A DNA stretch of 63,116 bases, filler included. It is 15 parts of 15 records of this genome, joined end to end, with 100 filler letters (N's around TTAATTAATTAA, not from the genome) between each part and the next. Parts side by side here need not be neighbours in the genome. Positions count along the whole stretch, not along the records: positions 32,440 to 35,990 come from SRR15195285_8140; positions 36,091 to 39,370 come from SRR15195285_8151; positions 39,471 to 42,619 come from SRR15195285_8153; positions 42,720 to 48,176 come from SRR15195285_8158; 11 more parts are not named here. One strand, written 5' to 3'. The position numbers and the translations under genes are program-made. Shown one piece after another: positions 34,299 through 45,737 of the stretch; positions within the stretch are counted from its first letter, which is position 1, and each line of letters starts with the position of its first letter. The notes beneath the pieces are model-generated. The model searched no databases. It had not been told where the DNA came from and saw nothing but the letters and a program-made list of their open reading frames with translations.

Positions 34299-35880
34299 TT
34301 AGTTGGTGATTGTGATATCTGCAGGTAAGCACACATCGACCGCACACACACTCATCAATTTGCGAGATAGAGACGGAAGCACGCAGAGTATGTGTGCTTC
34401 AAACAACTAGGCATAATTCTCATACTGCAAGCACATACGCGTGCACGCACCCGAGCAACTCGCCCAAATCTGGTTGCTCTGCTCGCAGTCCCAGCGCCAG
34501 CCTAGCACGTACCCACCTGGTGGAAGGCCTGCTGGAATGTGCACGTAGTCGACGATCTCCATGTTTCTCGCGGACGGGTTGCCGACGTTGCCGTCTCCAA
34601 AATCACTGCACTCTGCTGGGTCGTCGCACGGAGCAGGGAAGACTGGTAGATGCTTTGGTGATCCGAACAGGCCGTACTTCCCACTCACCAGTGGAATCGG
34701 ATTCCGCGCCCAGGCGGAGCCTTTGGGCATCGTTCCGCTGGTGGCATAGGTGCCGTTGAACCATATTTCCTTGCCACCATATTTCTTGCCACCGTTCCAC
34801 CGCAACCCTTGCTTACCGACGAATGGAAGTGGCATCTTCTGAAACTCTAACTCTGTGAGCTTGGAGTGGGCCGGCGCGAGGCGATACTGGTACCCTCCTG
34901 CATGGTTTGCTTCGATGCTCCAGGTAACCTCGACCGCGCTGCCTGCTTTCCACACTGTCCCGGATGCCATCACTGGCAGTACTTCGCTCCCTAGATCGCC
35001 TAGCTTCGCATGGGTCGTGTTGACGTAGATGCCACCGAAAGCGCCATCTGGTGGCCGGTGGCCACCCGCAACCCCGCAAGCGTCGATCACTGGCGCAGCT
35101 CCCGCTGCACGTCCGCGCAAACAACACAGGTAAGCCGGGCAACGTCCGGTGAGAGTGCGTGAGGATTCTTGTGCTGTGCAGCCGTACGTGCACGCCACGG
35201 AGAGAAGTAGTACCAGTCGTCCTCGCCACCGCACGTCGCATTCTGATTAACCGTTCGTAACTCTGGATCGCAGATGGTCGGCTTGACGCCGTTGGAGCTC
35301 TTGCAGACGACACCGTTGGGCCCGACCTTATTACGACCAACGCCGGTCGGTGGAACTGTCTTCGTCTTGTAGGACGAAGGGATCGGGCCGCGCGAGTTGC
35401 CGTCGCAAGTGTCACACCCCACGGCACAGCCGTTGCTGAACCCTGCATCGATACGTGCGTCATTGATTGAGCGGAACTGGCAGCTGCTAGCATGGGAGCC
35501 AAAGATGCGTAAGGTGCGTACAGAAGCATGCTTGGCCGTTGCGACCAGAGGGTTTGCCGTCTTCTCCAGGCACCTGGCACCAGCCCGTGTCCGACTCGAC
35601 ATTCGGTGGCTGAGCCGGTACTGCCCCACTCCAGGGCTTCAAGTCGCGGTCTACTGCATTGCGGGGCCTACAAAACAAGTCCCCCGGCAAGGCACACGCC
35701 GTTAGAGCTGGAGCAGTCTGGCGTGACGAGGACCGCACCCCGGCACACTCGCTGCCGACGGCTGGAGGGCACAGCAGGCGGGGCGTTATAAGCTAGCTGC
35801 ATTGCGTACGGGGGATTGACCACAGCCCCGTGACCGTGCACCACGACGACCAGGCTGGCGACTACTGCAATAGCGAGCAT
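34299..35880 (-). CDS. Secreted candidate lytic polysaccharide monooxygenase (His-brace); 5 exons
   Basis: Signal peptide MLAIAVVASLVVVVHG followed by HGAVVNPP|PRN; ANHAGGYQYRL; C-terminal WRWDCEQSNQIWASCS|DITI; four GT-AG introns. Confidence 0.7.
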
Positions 35881-36090
35881 GCCACTAGCACGTAGCAGTT
35901 TCTCGATATGCCACCGTGACGGCGTGCAACTTGACCTCGCGCGCGCGCGTGACACGCGCGCACAGCGTTACTGGCCGACGTGATACAGCGNNNNNNNNNN
36001 NNNNNNNNNNNNNNNNNNNNNNNNNNNNNNNNNNTTAATTAATTAANNNNNNNNNNNNNNNNNNNNNNNNNNNNNNNNNNNNNNNNNNNN

Positions 36091-36364
36091 TCCTCCTGCT
36101 TCTGCTTCTCCTCCGCTAGCCACAGACGTTTTTGATTCTCGAAGTTTTCCGGGTGGAAACCCTGTGCAGCATCGACGCAGCGAACCACGGTCAGTTGTGA
36201 ACTTGAACAGCTGCATTTGGCAAGATGCGGCAGGGCGCCGCCCGCGATCAAGCAATCCACCGCATATCGGCATGCCCAATCTACCATCGCAAGGGTGCAA
36301 TGAATGAGCCAGGGTGCACATGGTACCGTACTTTCAGCATTAGGAACGCTCGGCCGCCTCCCAT
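36091..36364 (-). CDS. Cir_N domain protein (CIR1/CWC25-like splicing factor); N-terminal two exons only
   Basis: Spliced MGGGRAFLMLK|GFHPENFENQKRLWLAEEKQKQE. Confidence 0.75.
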
Positions 36365-36855
36365 CTTGCTCGTTCAGCTGCAAGTCCGGCTGGCAGCCCT
36401 GTACCTGCCTCCAGTACCTGGCGGGAGTCCCAGCGAGCAGCGCGTAATAGCCGGAGCACGCCGCCCGGCGCCGTCGCCGGCGGTCGTCCGCGCGCGCGCC
36501 GGGCCTGCATGCATATATATTCAATATGCCGCGCGCACGCATGCACGCGCGCGCGCCTCCGCCGCCGCGCGATCCTCCCGCGCGCGCGGCCGCACCTCTA
36601 GCTAGCTAGGTACCAGTAGTACGTAGACTATATGCCCAGGTTGGCGTCGCGGCGGCTACTATGACGAGTAGTGACTCTAGCTCCGTCGCATCTGTGGTTC
36701 TAAATCCGCGGCAGCGCAGCGTGCGCTCCCATGGAATACTGCGGGGCGTGTTGTGCAAGAATACTGGGAACAAAAATGTGGTGGATGTTCAGCAACGAGA
36801 AACTGGCTGAGCAACATGCGCCATTGCTGCTCGTTGCACTCGTAGCTTCATGCGA

Positions 36856-39136
36856 TCAACTTTCCTTGGTCGGAGTCAGAATGAGCAAAGTGACGCCGTG
36901 CGCGGGCACCACCGGGTCTGTAAAGCTCCGTTTTGCGCTCCCCGTCGTTCTGTTGCGCCACACATCAAACACAGACATCTCCACCTCGTTCTCGAGCCCA
37001 AGCGTGCTCCAACTCACCGTCATGGATGCGTTCGGCTGGTTGCCATCTCGGTTGAGCAGCGCCACTGCGACCCGTCCCTCCGTCAGTGGGGCGGTCCAGA
37101 CCTCGTGATCGCCACCTGGGCCGAGTGTCAAGCACTGCTGGCTCGCGTTCTTGAAATGGACCGGACCATTGACGTTGTCGTTGTCGCCGACTGTTGCAGT
37201 GAGGTCTGCTGGCTGTAGTGTGCCAGAGCTTGTGTTGCGCCATCGAAACACAGAGTTCGTGCTGCCCGCAATTCCTGAGTAAGACACGTGCGGCCGCGGA
37301 CCACTGCCAGTCTCCGACGCACTGTAGTACAGGAGCGACGCTTGTTTGTTTCCGTCAACATATAGCTGCATGATATTCTCGTCGCCACCCATGGACGCAG
37401 TGTACCAGCTCCGCCCCTTGGTGTAATGCTGCAAGCTGGAGCACTTCACAGCCGAGACGGAGCCTGGCCGACTATCACACTCCGTCGAGTGAGCCCCACA
37501 CGCTACGCACCATTCCCCTCCACCAGCGTCAACCGTATACAAGACGCCGCCTTGGTGGCCAGAGCTCGCGACAAGGCAGGTGTCCGTGTTGATGAAAGAG
37601 TGTATCAGCCCGGTCTCTGGGTCATGCGCGAAATTTTCATTACCAGGCACCGTTTTCCCCCGATGCGTGCACCCAAACAGCTGCACATCTGGCCCCCGGT
37701 TCCATGGAAGATTCAGGCACTCCTTCGTCGCGATGCTGATAATCTGGCCTCGCGAGCTATTAGTTGGGTCGTTCTTTAGGAACGCCCACTGCTGTGCACT
37801 CGAGTTCGCGCATGGTGCCATGCCAATCGGATCGTGCGATGACGAAGAGAGGCAGCGTTGCGTCTGCATGTTCCGAATCTCGCTGCCAACGACCTCCCAC
37901 TGCTGCAGTGGGTCATTCACCGAACAGGTGGTGACGTAGAGGAAGTTTGGTGGGAGGTCGGTCGTCGCGTTGTACCACCAGTGTTGTAGCGGATTGTCGG
38001 CTGTGCACGCGGCCAGAACGACTTGATTGTCGGCGCCCACCATACCACGAGGCCTTGGCGCGGCAGTGGACGCGACACGTTTGCCTTGGATTCCTAGCGC
38101 ATCTTGATTGATTGAGATGGCCGCTGGGTTCTTGAGCACGTCGAGGATTTCCGACTTGAGGCCCGACAGCGGACTGCCCATGATGATCGGCGCCTTCATT
38201 ATGCACCACATGGCCATGTGCACACGCGCAGCTGTGACGCCACCGAAGACGCCATTGCCTATCTCAAGCATGTCCTGGACCAGTGCAGCGGAGTCAGGCA
38301 GCGCGGGCACATGGGTGCGGCAGAAATCACACACGCACAAGATCGTTCCAAAAGCCGCCGCCGTCTCCTTGTGTGCTAGTCGCGTTGTGGGCGTATGGCC
38401 AGAGGCCGCTCCCGGTGTCAACGAGGCCGATCATCGAGTACCACGTGCTTGTGATATCCGTCCCAACGCGCCGGAGGTTGCCGTGGCCGCCAGCACTCAC
38501 AGCTGTGATATTTGGGCCGCCTTCGATCGACAGCACGATCTTGCGCCCAGTCGCGGCCGTTGCCACGTCCAGCGCTTGCTGCATCGCCCCGTAATCTGCG
38601 AGATTCCCGTCGTACGTTGCATTACTTGCGCGGCAGTGTCCACAAGAGTCGTCCTTGAGATAGTCGAGATTCCACGCAGCATATTGCGCGGCGTCGACGC
38701 TCTCGTGCATGCACGAGCCCGCCATGCGCTGGCATGTCGTCGACGCCCGCGCCGTGTACAAGCCGAACCGCAGGCCAAGCTTGTGCACGTACCGGATGAC
38801 ATGCGGAAGCGTGAGATTGGAGCCAGGCGGGAACTTCGCTGGATCAGGGACCTGCGGCCCGGTGCCGTGATTTGTGCGGTTTTCGGGCGGCAGCATCCAG
38901 CAGTCGTCCAGGTTCAGATATTCGTATCCTGCCGCTGCGAGCCCGGTCGAGACCATCAGCTCCGCCGTCTGCGTTATGGTCGACGCCGTAAAGCCACACC
39001 GGAACGAGTTCCACGTCGAAAACCCTATTGGGGGCGTGGCGGCGAGCCCAGCTGTACCTTCGGCTGGTGTGGCCGTGCATAACGCCAGCAGCAGCAGCCC
39101 TTGGGGACGCTTCCCCGTGCGTTCCACTGGCACCAT
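36856..39136 (-). CDS. GH27 alpha-galactosidase with ricin-B (QxW) lectin insertion; one intron near 38280-38340
   Basis: TPPIGFSTWN, YLNLDDCW, DYLKDDSC, FWNDL|DMLEIG, HMAMWCIMKAP, QQW repeats, C-terminal VPAHGV. Confidence 0.92.
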
Positions 39137-39609
39137 TTTGCCGGCGTGGCCGCCGCTAGCGCGGCCCCGCACTCGGTGCGCGGGGCGCGCGCGCGGGTCC
39201 GAGCGTAGCGCCGCAGCTCATTCACGCGCGCGCGCATGCGCACGCGCGCACGCTCGCATGTCGCACACGAGCGTATTGCATGCGCAACTATATATACACA
39301 CCTACCTCAAAAGTTAAATCACCCATCCGGCCAGGGCAGGCCTTGCATGCACGGTTTTGCACGCGCGCGCNNNNNNNNNNNNNNNNNNNNNNNNNNNNNN
39401 NNNNNNNNNNNNNNTTAATTAATTAANNNNNNNNNNNNNNNNNNNNNNNNNNNNNNNNNNNNNNNNNNNNAATCTGGCCTCTTTTCAGTGCTGCACCCCC
39501 GAGGGCTGCGCAGTGTACACCGTGACGCGTGCAACGTTGGTGGTGGTGAGCAGCTCGTATAGCGCGTATCGATAGGGCGACGAGCTCGAGGTCCGTACCC
39601 GTAGTACGT

Positions 39610-40770
39610 ATGCAGAGGCTTGCGCACGTTGCGCAGTGTATCGGTGGTGATCTTGCTGCTGGTTCCTCGTCTTTGATCTCTCCTGGCGCGCTGGCTCCTC
39701 GAGGTCATAGCTACCAGCGTGGTCGCGCATCGACCGCAGCGCCAGCGCCAACTGCAGGCGGGCATGAGAGCTACCAGCTTGACGCCGCCTATTTCGCACG
39801 CGAGCGCTGGATCGGGGCTAACAGACGCCCGAACGCTGCGGCATCGTTGGCCCACGCGTACGCTGAGTGTGGGTTTGTTGTGGCGGAGGGCCTCTTCTCT
39901 CAGGCCGAGTGCCATGTGATGGAGGAGGAGCTGCTACGATTCCAGTCAGGCGAAATCGACCAGATTTCGGCAATTGACAAGCTGGAGGCCCCGATGCCAC
40001 GCGATGAGCTACTTGGGCGATACATGTATATCTTCCAACCGCACGCAGCGAGCGCCCTCGTGCGCGAGTGGATGGTCGATCAGCGGCTGCGCCAGGTCCT
40101 CGGCTCGATTATTGGAGCTCACATCCCTGGATGGGACGGTGGCTTCAAGTGCATGCAAAGCATGTTTGTTCTGCGCAAGCCTGGGGCGCCCGGTAGTCCT
40201 TGGCATCAGGACGAGCATCCGATCCCTACGCGCGATCGCAGCCTATGTGGAATCTGGATCGCGCTCTCGGATGCCACAATCGAAAATGGCGCACTGTGGG
40301 TAGTCAGAGATTCACACAAGGCAGGGATCATCTACGACCGCAAGCCACATACCCTCCCGACTGTGGATTCGATGGCCCAGGCCGTCGGTTTCGAGGAACG
40401 CCTACAGCATGACGACGCAGCAGTCCCAATCCCACTGAAGCAGGGTGACGTGCTGTGCTTCAACGGCTACCTACTCCATTCCTCGCTCCCCAACTACAGT
40501 GACACCTGTCGTCCAGCCCTCACGATGCACTACTGCTCAATGAACACGTTGCTGACGTGGCATGGAGAGCGAAACTACCGTGGTGTCATCCCGGTGCAGG
40601 GGACGGACCCGTTTGCCACGGAGGGGTATACGATGCCCACTGTGGGTGCGAAGCTGGAGGAGGTTGACAAGCCTGACAACCGGATGATGCCGCGGCGACC
40701 AGGTCAAGTATCCTGGCCGCCTACCGGTCTTGGGAAGGTGGACGACAGCGAGGCCGAGCAGGCAGAATAA
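39610..40770 (+). CDS. PhyH family dioxygenase
   Basis: QSM...KPGAPGSPWHQDE, WIALSDATIENGALWV..SH, GDVLCFNGYLLHSS.PN. Confidence 0.92.
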   Translation: MQRLAHVAQCIGGDLAAGSSSLISPGALAPRGHSYQRGRASTAAPAPTAGGHESYQLDAAYFARERWIGANRRPNAAASLAHAYAECGFVVAEGLFSQAECHVMEEELLRFQSGEIDQISAIDKLEAPMPRDELLGRYMYIFQPHAASALVREWMVDQRLRQVLGSIIGAHIPGWDGGFKCMQSMFVLRKPGAPGSPWHQDEHPIPTRDRSLCGIWIALSDATIENGALWVVRDSHKAGIIYDRKPHTLPTVDSMAQAVGFEERLQHDDAAVPIPLKQGDVLCFNGYLLHSSLPNYSDTCRPALTMHYCSMNTLLTWHGERNYRGVIPVQGTDPFATEGYTMPTVGAKLEEVDKPDNRMMPRRPGQVSWPPTGLGKVDDSEAEQAE

Positions 40771-40896
40771 AACGCACCGGCTGCCCTCGAAAGCGACTAG
40801 TACTGTACTAATTTCACGAATCGCAGCGTCAGTCTGATACAGAATCTGATGATATGTTGGCAGTACTACAACGCTAGTGATCACGGGTGCACCAGG

Positions 40897-42490
40897 TCAA
40901 ATCCCTAGGTTTGGACCCTGCGTGATCTCTCGTGATGCGTTCAGCCCGATATATCGCTCCGGTCGTCCAGCGCACGGATGCTTAGTCGGTAGCGCATATG
41001 GCTCCTCTTCGCGGAAGCGCTGTGCCCGTGCGCTCATCGCCAGTGGTATCATCCGAGAGCGCTGGTAGATCCGCTCCGCGTTGTAACCGTCCTTCGCCCC
41101 CAGCACTGCTTCTCGCTTGTGGAACCCGAAGTTCAAAGTTATGCGTAGATCCTTAGACACGTTTGGAAACGAAGCGCTGTGTTCGACAACGACCGAACAA
41201 TCAGCTGACAGGCCCAAGCCACTGCTCAGGATGAGGATGATGCACATCTAATCGGTGCTCAACTGCCGATTATATCGCCGCGCCCAAGAGAGATGCAACA
41301 AAGACAAGCTCTAGCCTGCACAGAAAAATATTGTACGCACTGCAAGCAGTTGCGGTTGGCAATGACCACGTCGCCTGGGCGGCACACCATCGGCACGGAT
41401 CCTACACACCAACACGAGACGTAGAGCGGTGGTTACGCACCGCTAGCTATGACAGCAATTGCATGATAGGTACCAAGCCTACACGTCACGGTGCTCGCAA
41501 GCTGGAAGCGTCGAAGCGTGGCGTTGCGTGGGCTGCATACCGGGGATTCGGTCGCCGTGCTGCTTCACCAGTGCGTCGATATCGATCTTGCCGATCCGAT
41601 GAGACTTCGGCAGGACCCACACCCCATTTTCTGCGGTGGAGCCGTAAAGCTGGCGCGCAACGGATGCTGCGTCAGTTGGTATAGCTGTGAGGCACAAGCT
41701 GGGGCTGAAGAATAATCCACACCTGGCACATGAAGTTGAAGCCGTGCTCAGGCTGTGGCTTGTCCCAATGGGTAGTACCGTCTTGATGCCTGCGAGTCGT
41801 AGAGTGCAGTAGCGGCGGCAGCATCACGTGCGAAGCCGCAATGATTGTAAGCACAACGCGAGAGATTGCGACGAGATCACGGCTTACTTACCACGTCACA
41901 GAAGGGCCGAGGCCAGGAAGCTTGATCTGTATCGACTCGGAGAATGGGCAGAAGTCGTCCCCGTTCACTGCAGCGGCGAGCGCTAGAAGCGCCGGGTGGG
42001 CGTACAACCGCAGGCCCGCCTCAGAGTGCGGCAGGTACGACTGCAACGACATGACCACCTCGTCGGGGGCATCGGTAGGAGGACTGGGCGTCCGCATCCC
42101 TTTGGCTGGGCTACGGCCTCTCCCACCGTTCGGGTCGGACAGCGGCGGCTGGATGTTCCATTGTGCGTCCTCGGCGGGGCGCCCAAACTTATCCAGTTCC
42201 GCGCCCTTGCTGACCGGCGCGCGATCGATCAAGCCCCCGATGTCCACACGGAGATCATCGAGCTCCTCGTCTGCGACCACTCCCTCCAGCACGAAAAAGC
42301 CCCACTCTTCGAACAACGGGACGATGGCTGGGTTGAGCTGTCCCCCGGCGACCAGTAGCGGCCCGCGGTTCGGCGCAGACAGCGCCGCAGCCTCGCCGTC
42401 TGCGACAATCTCCACATCGTCGGCCAGCTCACTATCACCCGCTGAGACCACGTGCTCCAGCACCTGCCGTAGACGCTGGCGAGCTCCCAT
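40897..42490 (-). CDS. PhyH family dioxygenase; 5 exons; PTS2-like RLRQVLEHV
   Basis: KLPGLGPSVTW|HQDG, STAENGVWVLPKSH, PGDVVI.NRNCLH|ASFPN; four GT-AG introns. Confidence 0.88.
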
Positions 42491-43002
42491 CCCCCCGAGA
42501 TCGGCGGCGCCCACGGCGGCCGCGCGCGCGCGCGTGCCGTGCGCGACTTCAGGCACGAGGCAGGCGCGCCGGCCGCGGCTATGGTACTAGTACTCAAACA
42601 TACGGTACTCAGATCCCGGNNNNNNNNNNNNNNNNNNNNNNNNNNNNNNNNNNNNNNNNNNNNTTAATTAATTAANNNNNNNNNNNNNNNNNNNNNNNNN
42701 NNNNNNNNNNNNNNNNNNNGATGAGACTGCACAGTGCCCATATTGTAAGAAGAATGCCGCTCTTGGCTCGAAGGTGGCTATTATATATACATGATTGTAA
42801 TTCGATCGATGAGTAATAACGACCCGCGCGCATCCACCAAGTGAGCAACAATTTCATGTGCGCGAGCAGCTGACCTTCGAGCTGATCAACTGTCACAGCT
42901 AGCGTGCTTAATGGACACAATGGGTTCAATCGAATTCGCATCTTCGCCCGCGACACAACAGATCTTGCACGAGGGAAAAACACTACACTGAAAATCGGCC
43001 TC

Positions 43003-44490
43003 TCACTTTGGCCCGGCGAGCGCAAACAACAGTCGGCGCAGCGGCGGGAGACTTACTATGCAGCACTGCAGCACACCACACACAACTACGCTAACCGAAG
43101 CAATGGCCGCTGTGTCAGCCTCGCCAGACGTAATCAGGCTCGCAGTGCCTGTGGCATGGCTTGCTGCGCCCATCGCAATGCCTCGGCAGATTCTTTGGTT
43201 GTCGCCTTTATCTGCACGGAATCCAAGCTTGTCGAGCAGAACCTGACCAAGACATCCACCGAATAGACCGGACGCGAGGTTAAACAGGAACATGAGTGGA
43301 ATCGGAGCCTCAATTATATTGCAGACCAGCATGGCAAACCCGCCGGATGTACATCTCTGGCTGAGCATTAAATTGTTTTGCCGCACAAGGCCTAGTAGTC
43401 GGCCGACGGCAACAGTACCGAATAGGCAACCAACTGTAGACGCAAGAGTCCCTGCAGCGATGGGGCACAGGTGCTGCAGCAGCAGCCGGCGAAGTCCAAA
43501 CGCCCGTAACCCCAGAGCGACGAGAGATGCATTCATCGGTTCAAACAACAAGTCCCCTGGACCAGCGAGCACATGCCGCTGGGTGCGGAACATCGACAGC
43601 GCGGCCTCAAAACTGGAGCCCCGCATCGACCCCGCGACGGCACACAACCCGGAAGCAGCACATGAGCAAAGCAGCAGTGGGTGCAGTCCAAACTGAACAG
43701 CAGCCCTAGGCAACCGCTGGGCGTGGAGGAGAGCCACAATCGTTATGCAGAACTGTGCGGGAGCAGGGCCGACCCACGGCAACGCAATTAACGCCACTCC
43801 AGCCAAGCTGTTCCACGCATTGCGGTTACTGAGTGTACGAGCCTCGACCAGAGCAGTCTTGTCGGCAGCAGTGGCGTCAGTGGAATCGTTTGGAGACTCC
43901 TTGGCCTGGGGTTTGGCGTCAAGCTCTTTCGATTGCTGTGCCTTCGACATGAGCAATCGCTGCTCCTGCTCAAGGTGCACTGGCAGCCCACTCTTCGAGG
44001 AGAGAAACGCGTTGGCAACTGCCGCTGTGGTCGAGATAGTCATCAGCCAGCCGCCTACTGTTACCACAATCAGCCGCAACCATTGCCCACCACTCGCAAT
44101 AGACAGTGGAATAGCCGTCAATGGTACAGCAATGCTCAGTAGCATCCACTTCCCAAGATACTCCACGCCCGGGGTCAACGCTCGCAGCGCAGCATCCGCC
44201 GCCGTGGCGCCCACAGTGAGCTCCACTGCCGAAAGCGCGCCGACTGTGGCGAAGATTGTCGCGACGGAGGACGGAAACGTCACATTGACTGCTCGCAGCA
44301 TCCATCCAACGAGCTTATCGCATGCCCAAAGCACCACCACACCGAACAGCGTCTTGTGCGTCGGGGGCTCCGCAGCGGAGCCGAGGCGCTTCGCAAACGG
44401 CAGGCGGAGCGCTTCCAGCAAGCCCTTGCGGTTGGTCGCCAATAGCACGAGACCGGCGATTGCAGACGCCCGCCCGCCGAGCGTCGCCAT
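43003..44490 (-). CDS. LrgA/LrgB-type membrane transporter (PLGG1-like fusion)
   Basis: Many hydrophobic segments, N-terminal FPSSV, C-terminal RGIAMGAASHATGTA LrgB signature. Confidence 0.8.
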   Translation of the reverse strand: MATLGGRASAIAGLVLLATNRKGLLEALRLPFAKRLGSAAEPPTHKTLFGVVVLWACDKLVGWMLRAVNVTFPSSVATIFATVGALSAVELTVGATAADAALRALTPGVEYLGKWMLLSIAVPLTAIPLSIASGGQWLRLIVVTVGGWLMTISTTAAVANAFLSSKSGLPVHLEQEQRLLMSKAQQSKELDAKPQAKESPNDSTDATAADKTALVEARTLSNRNAWNSLAGVALIALPWVGPAPAQFCITIVALLHAQRLPRAAVQFGLHPLLLCSCAASGLCAVAGSMRGSSFEAALSMFRTQRHVLAGPGDLLFEPMNASLVALGLRAFGLRRLLLQHLCPIAAGTLASTVGCLFGTVAVGRLLGLVRQNNLMLSQRCTSGGFAMLVCNIIEAPIPLMFLFNLASGLFGGCLGQVLLDKLGFRADKGDNQRICRGIAMGAASHATGTASLITSGEADTAAIASVSVVVCGVLQCCIVSLPPLRRLLFALAGPK

Positions 44491-44756
44491 GGTCTCGCTG
44501 TAGTCGGCTACACTACGTGTAGGTGCACACGCACAATGTAGGCTAGACAGTACGTAGTGGCGCGAGAGCGCCACGGCGGGCACTTCGCGTTCTCCGCGCG
44601 CGCGCGCCGGTCCGGCGCTATACAACCATATATATACATACATATATACGTACATGCACGCGCGCGCGGGGCGGGCGGCGCCGGCGCGTCGGCGCGGACG
44701 CAATTTACTAGCCCCCGATTGGGGATAGTGTTGATCAGAGAACTGGCCTGATAGAG

Positions 44757-45737
44757 ATGCAGACCTCCAGCCACAGTCTTGACGTCCCTGAACATCCGCC
44801 CCGTCGACCGGCGCACGTAGCACATCACCGGCAGCACGAGCGACTGCAACATCTCTCGCAGTGTGTCTCCAGCGCCGGCGCGGCGGACGACGATCCGGCG
44901 GACGTGCGCCAGCCAGTCTGCTTGGTGGTCGGCGCAGGCGCTGGTGTTGGCCAAGCTGTGGCTCGAAAGTTTGCGCGCGAGGGCCTCTGCGTCTGTGCGG
45001 TTCGTCGCGGTGCTGGCCAATTCATGTGGGGGGTGGCAAAAAGTGACGTCGAGGTGGACGGTGGCACAGCAGACCCAGCTGCATCCAAGGTGAGAGACGA
45101 CTTCAATGCCTTCATCGAAGACATCCGCAGCGATGGTGGGCGCGCCGAGGCTTTCTTTGCCGATGGTTCGTCCCCCGATCAGCTGGCCCAGCTGATCGGT
45201 TCAATCGAACGTCAGGTTGGGCCGATCGCTTGCGCTGTGTACAACATTGGTGCTCAGATCGGAGTGCACTCGTTGAATGCCACGTCTTACGCGGACTTCC
45301 AGAACGCTTTATCGTATGGTGCAGTCGGTGCGTTTGCCCTGGCCAAGGAGGTAACACCGTACATGCTACGCCGAGGACGCGGGTGCCTCATTTTCACGTC
45401 GTCGACAGCCGCGTTTCGTGGCAACGCTGGACAGCACGCGCATACGGCAGCAATGGGAGCGAGACGAAATCTATGCCAGAGTTTAAATGCTGAGCTCGCA
45501 GCTGGTGGCGTGCACATCTGTCACGTGAACATCGACGGAACCGTGGACGCTCCGGAAAGTATTGGCAAGATTGTGCCTGAGTTCTATGCTGAACTGAAGG
45601 CACAGGGCAACGATGGGCTTTTGCAGCCCGATGACGTGGCGAATACTTACTGGCATCTTTACAGCCAGCCCCGAACTGCGTGGACTCTAGAGCTAGATCT
45701 ACGACCATTTTCGGAGAAGGCGTGGTTCAACAGCTAG
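44757..45737 (+). CDS. Short-chain dehydrogenase/reductase
   Basis: VVGAGAGVG.AVARKFA, VYNIGA, IFTSSTA, QSLNAEL...GVHICHV.IDG, ELDLRPF.E. Confidence 0.92.
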   Translation: MQTSSHSLDVPEHPPRRPAHVAHHRQHERLQHLSQCVSSAGAADDDPADVRQPVCLVVGAGAGVGQAVARKFAREGLCVCAVRRGAGQFMWGVAKSDVEVDGGTADPAASKVRDDFNAFIEDIRSDGGRAEAFFADGSSPDQLAQLIGSIERQVGPIACAVYNIGAQIGVHSLNATSYADFQNALSYGAVGAFALAKEVTPYMLRRGRGCLIFTSSTAAFRGNAGQHAHTAAMGARRNLCQSLNAELAAGGVHICHVNIDGTVDAPESIGKIVPEFYAELKAQGNDGLLQPDDVANTYWHLYSQPRTAWTLELDLRPFSEKAWFNS

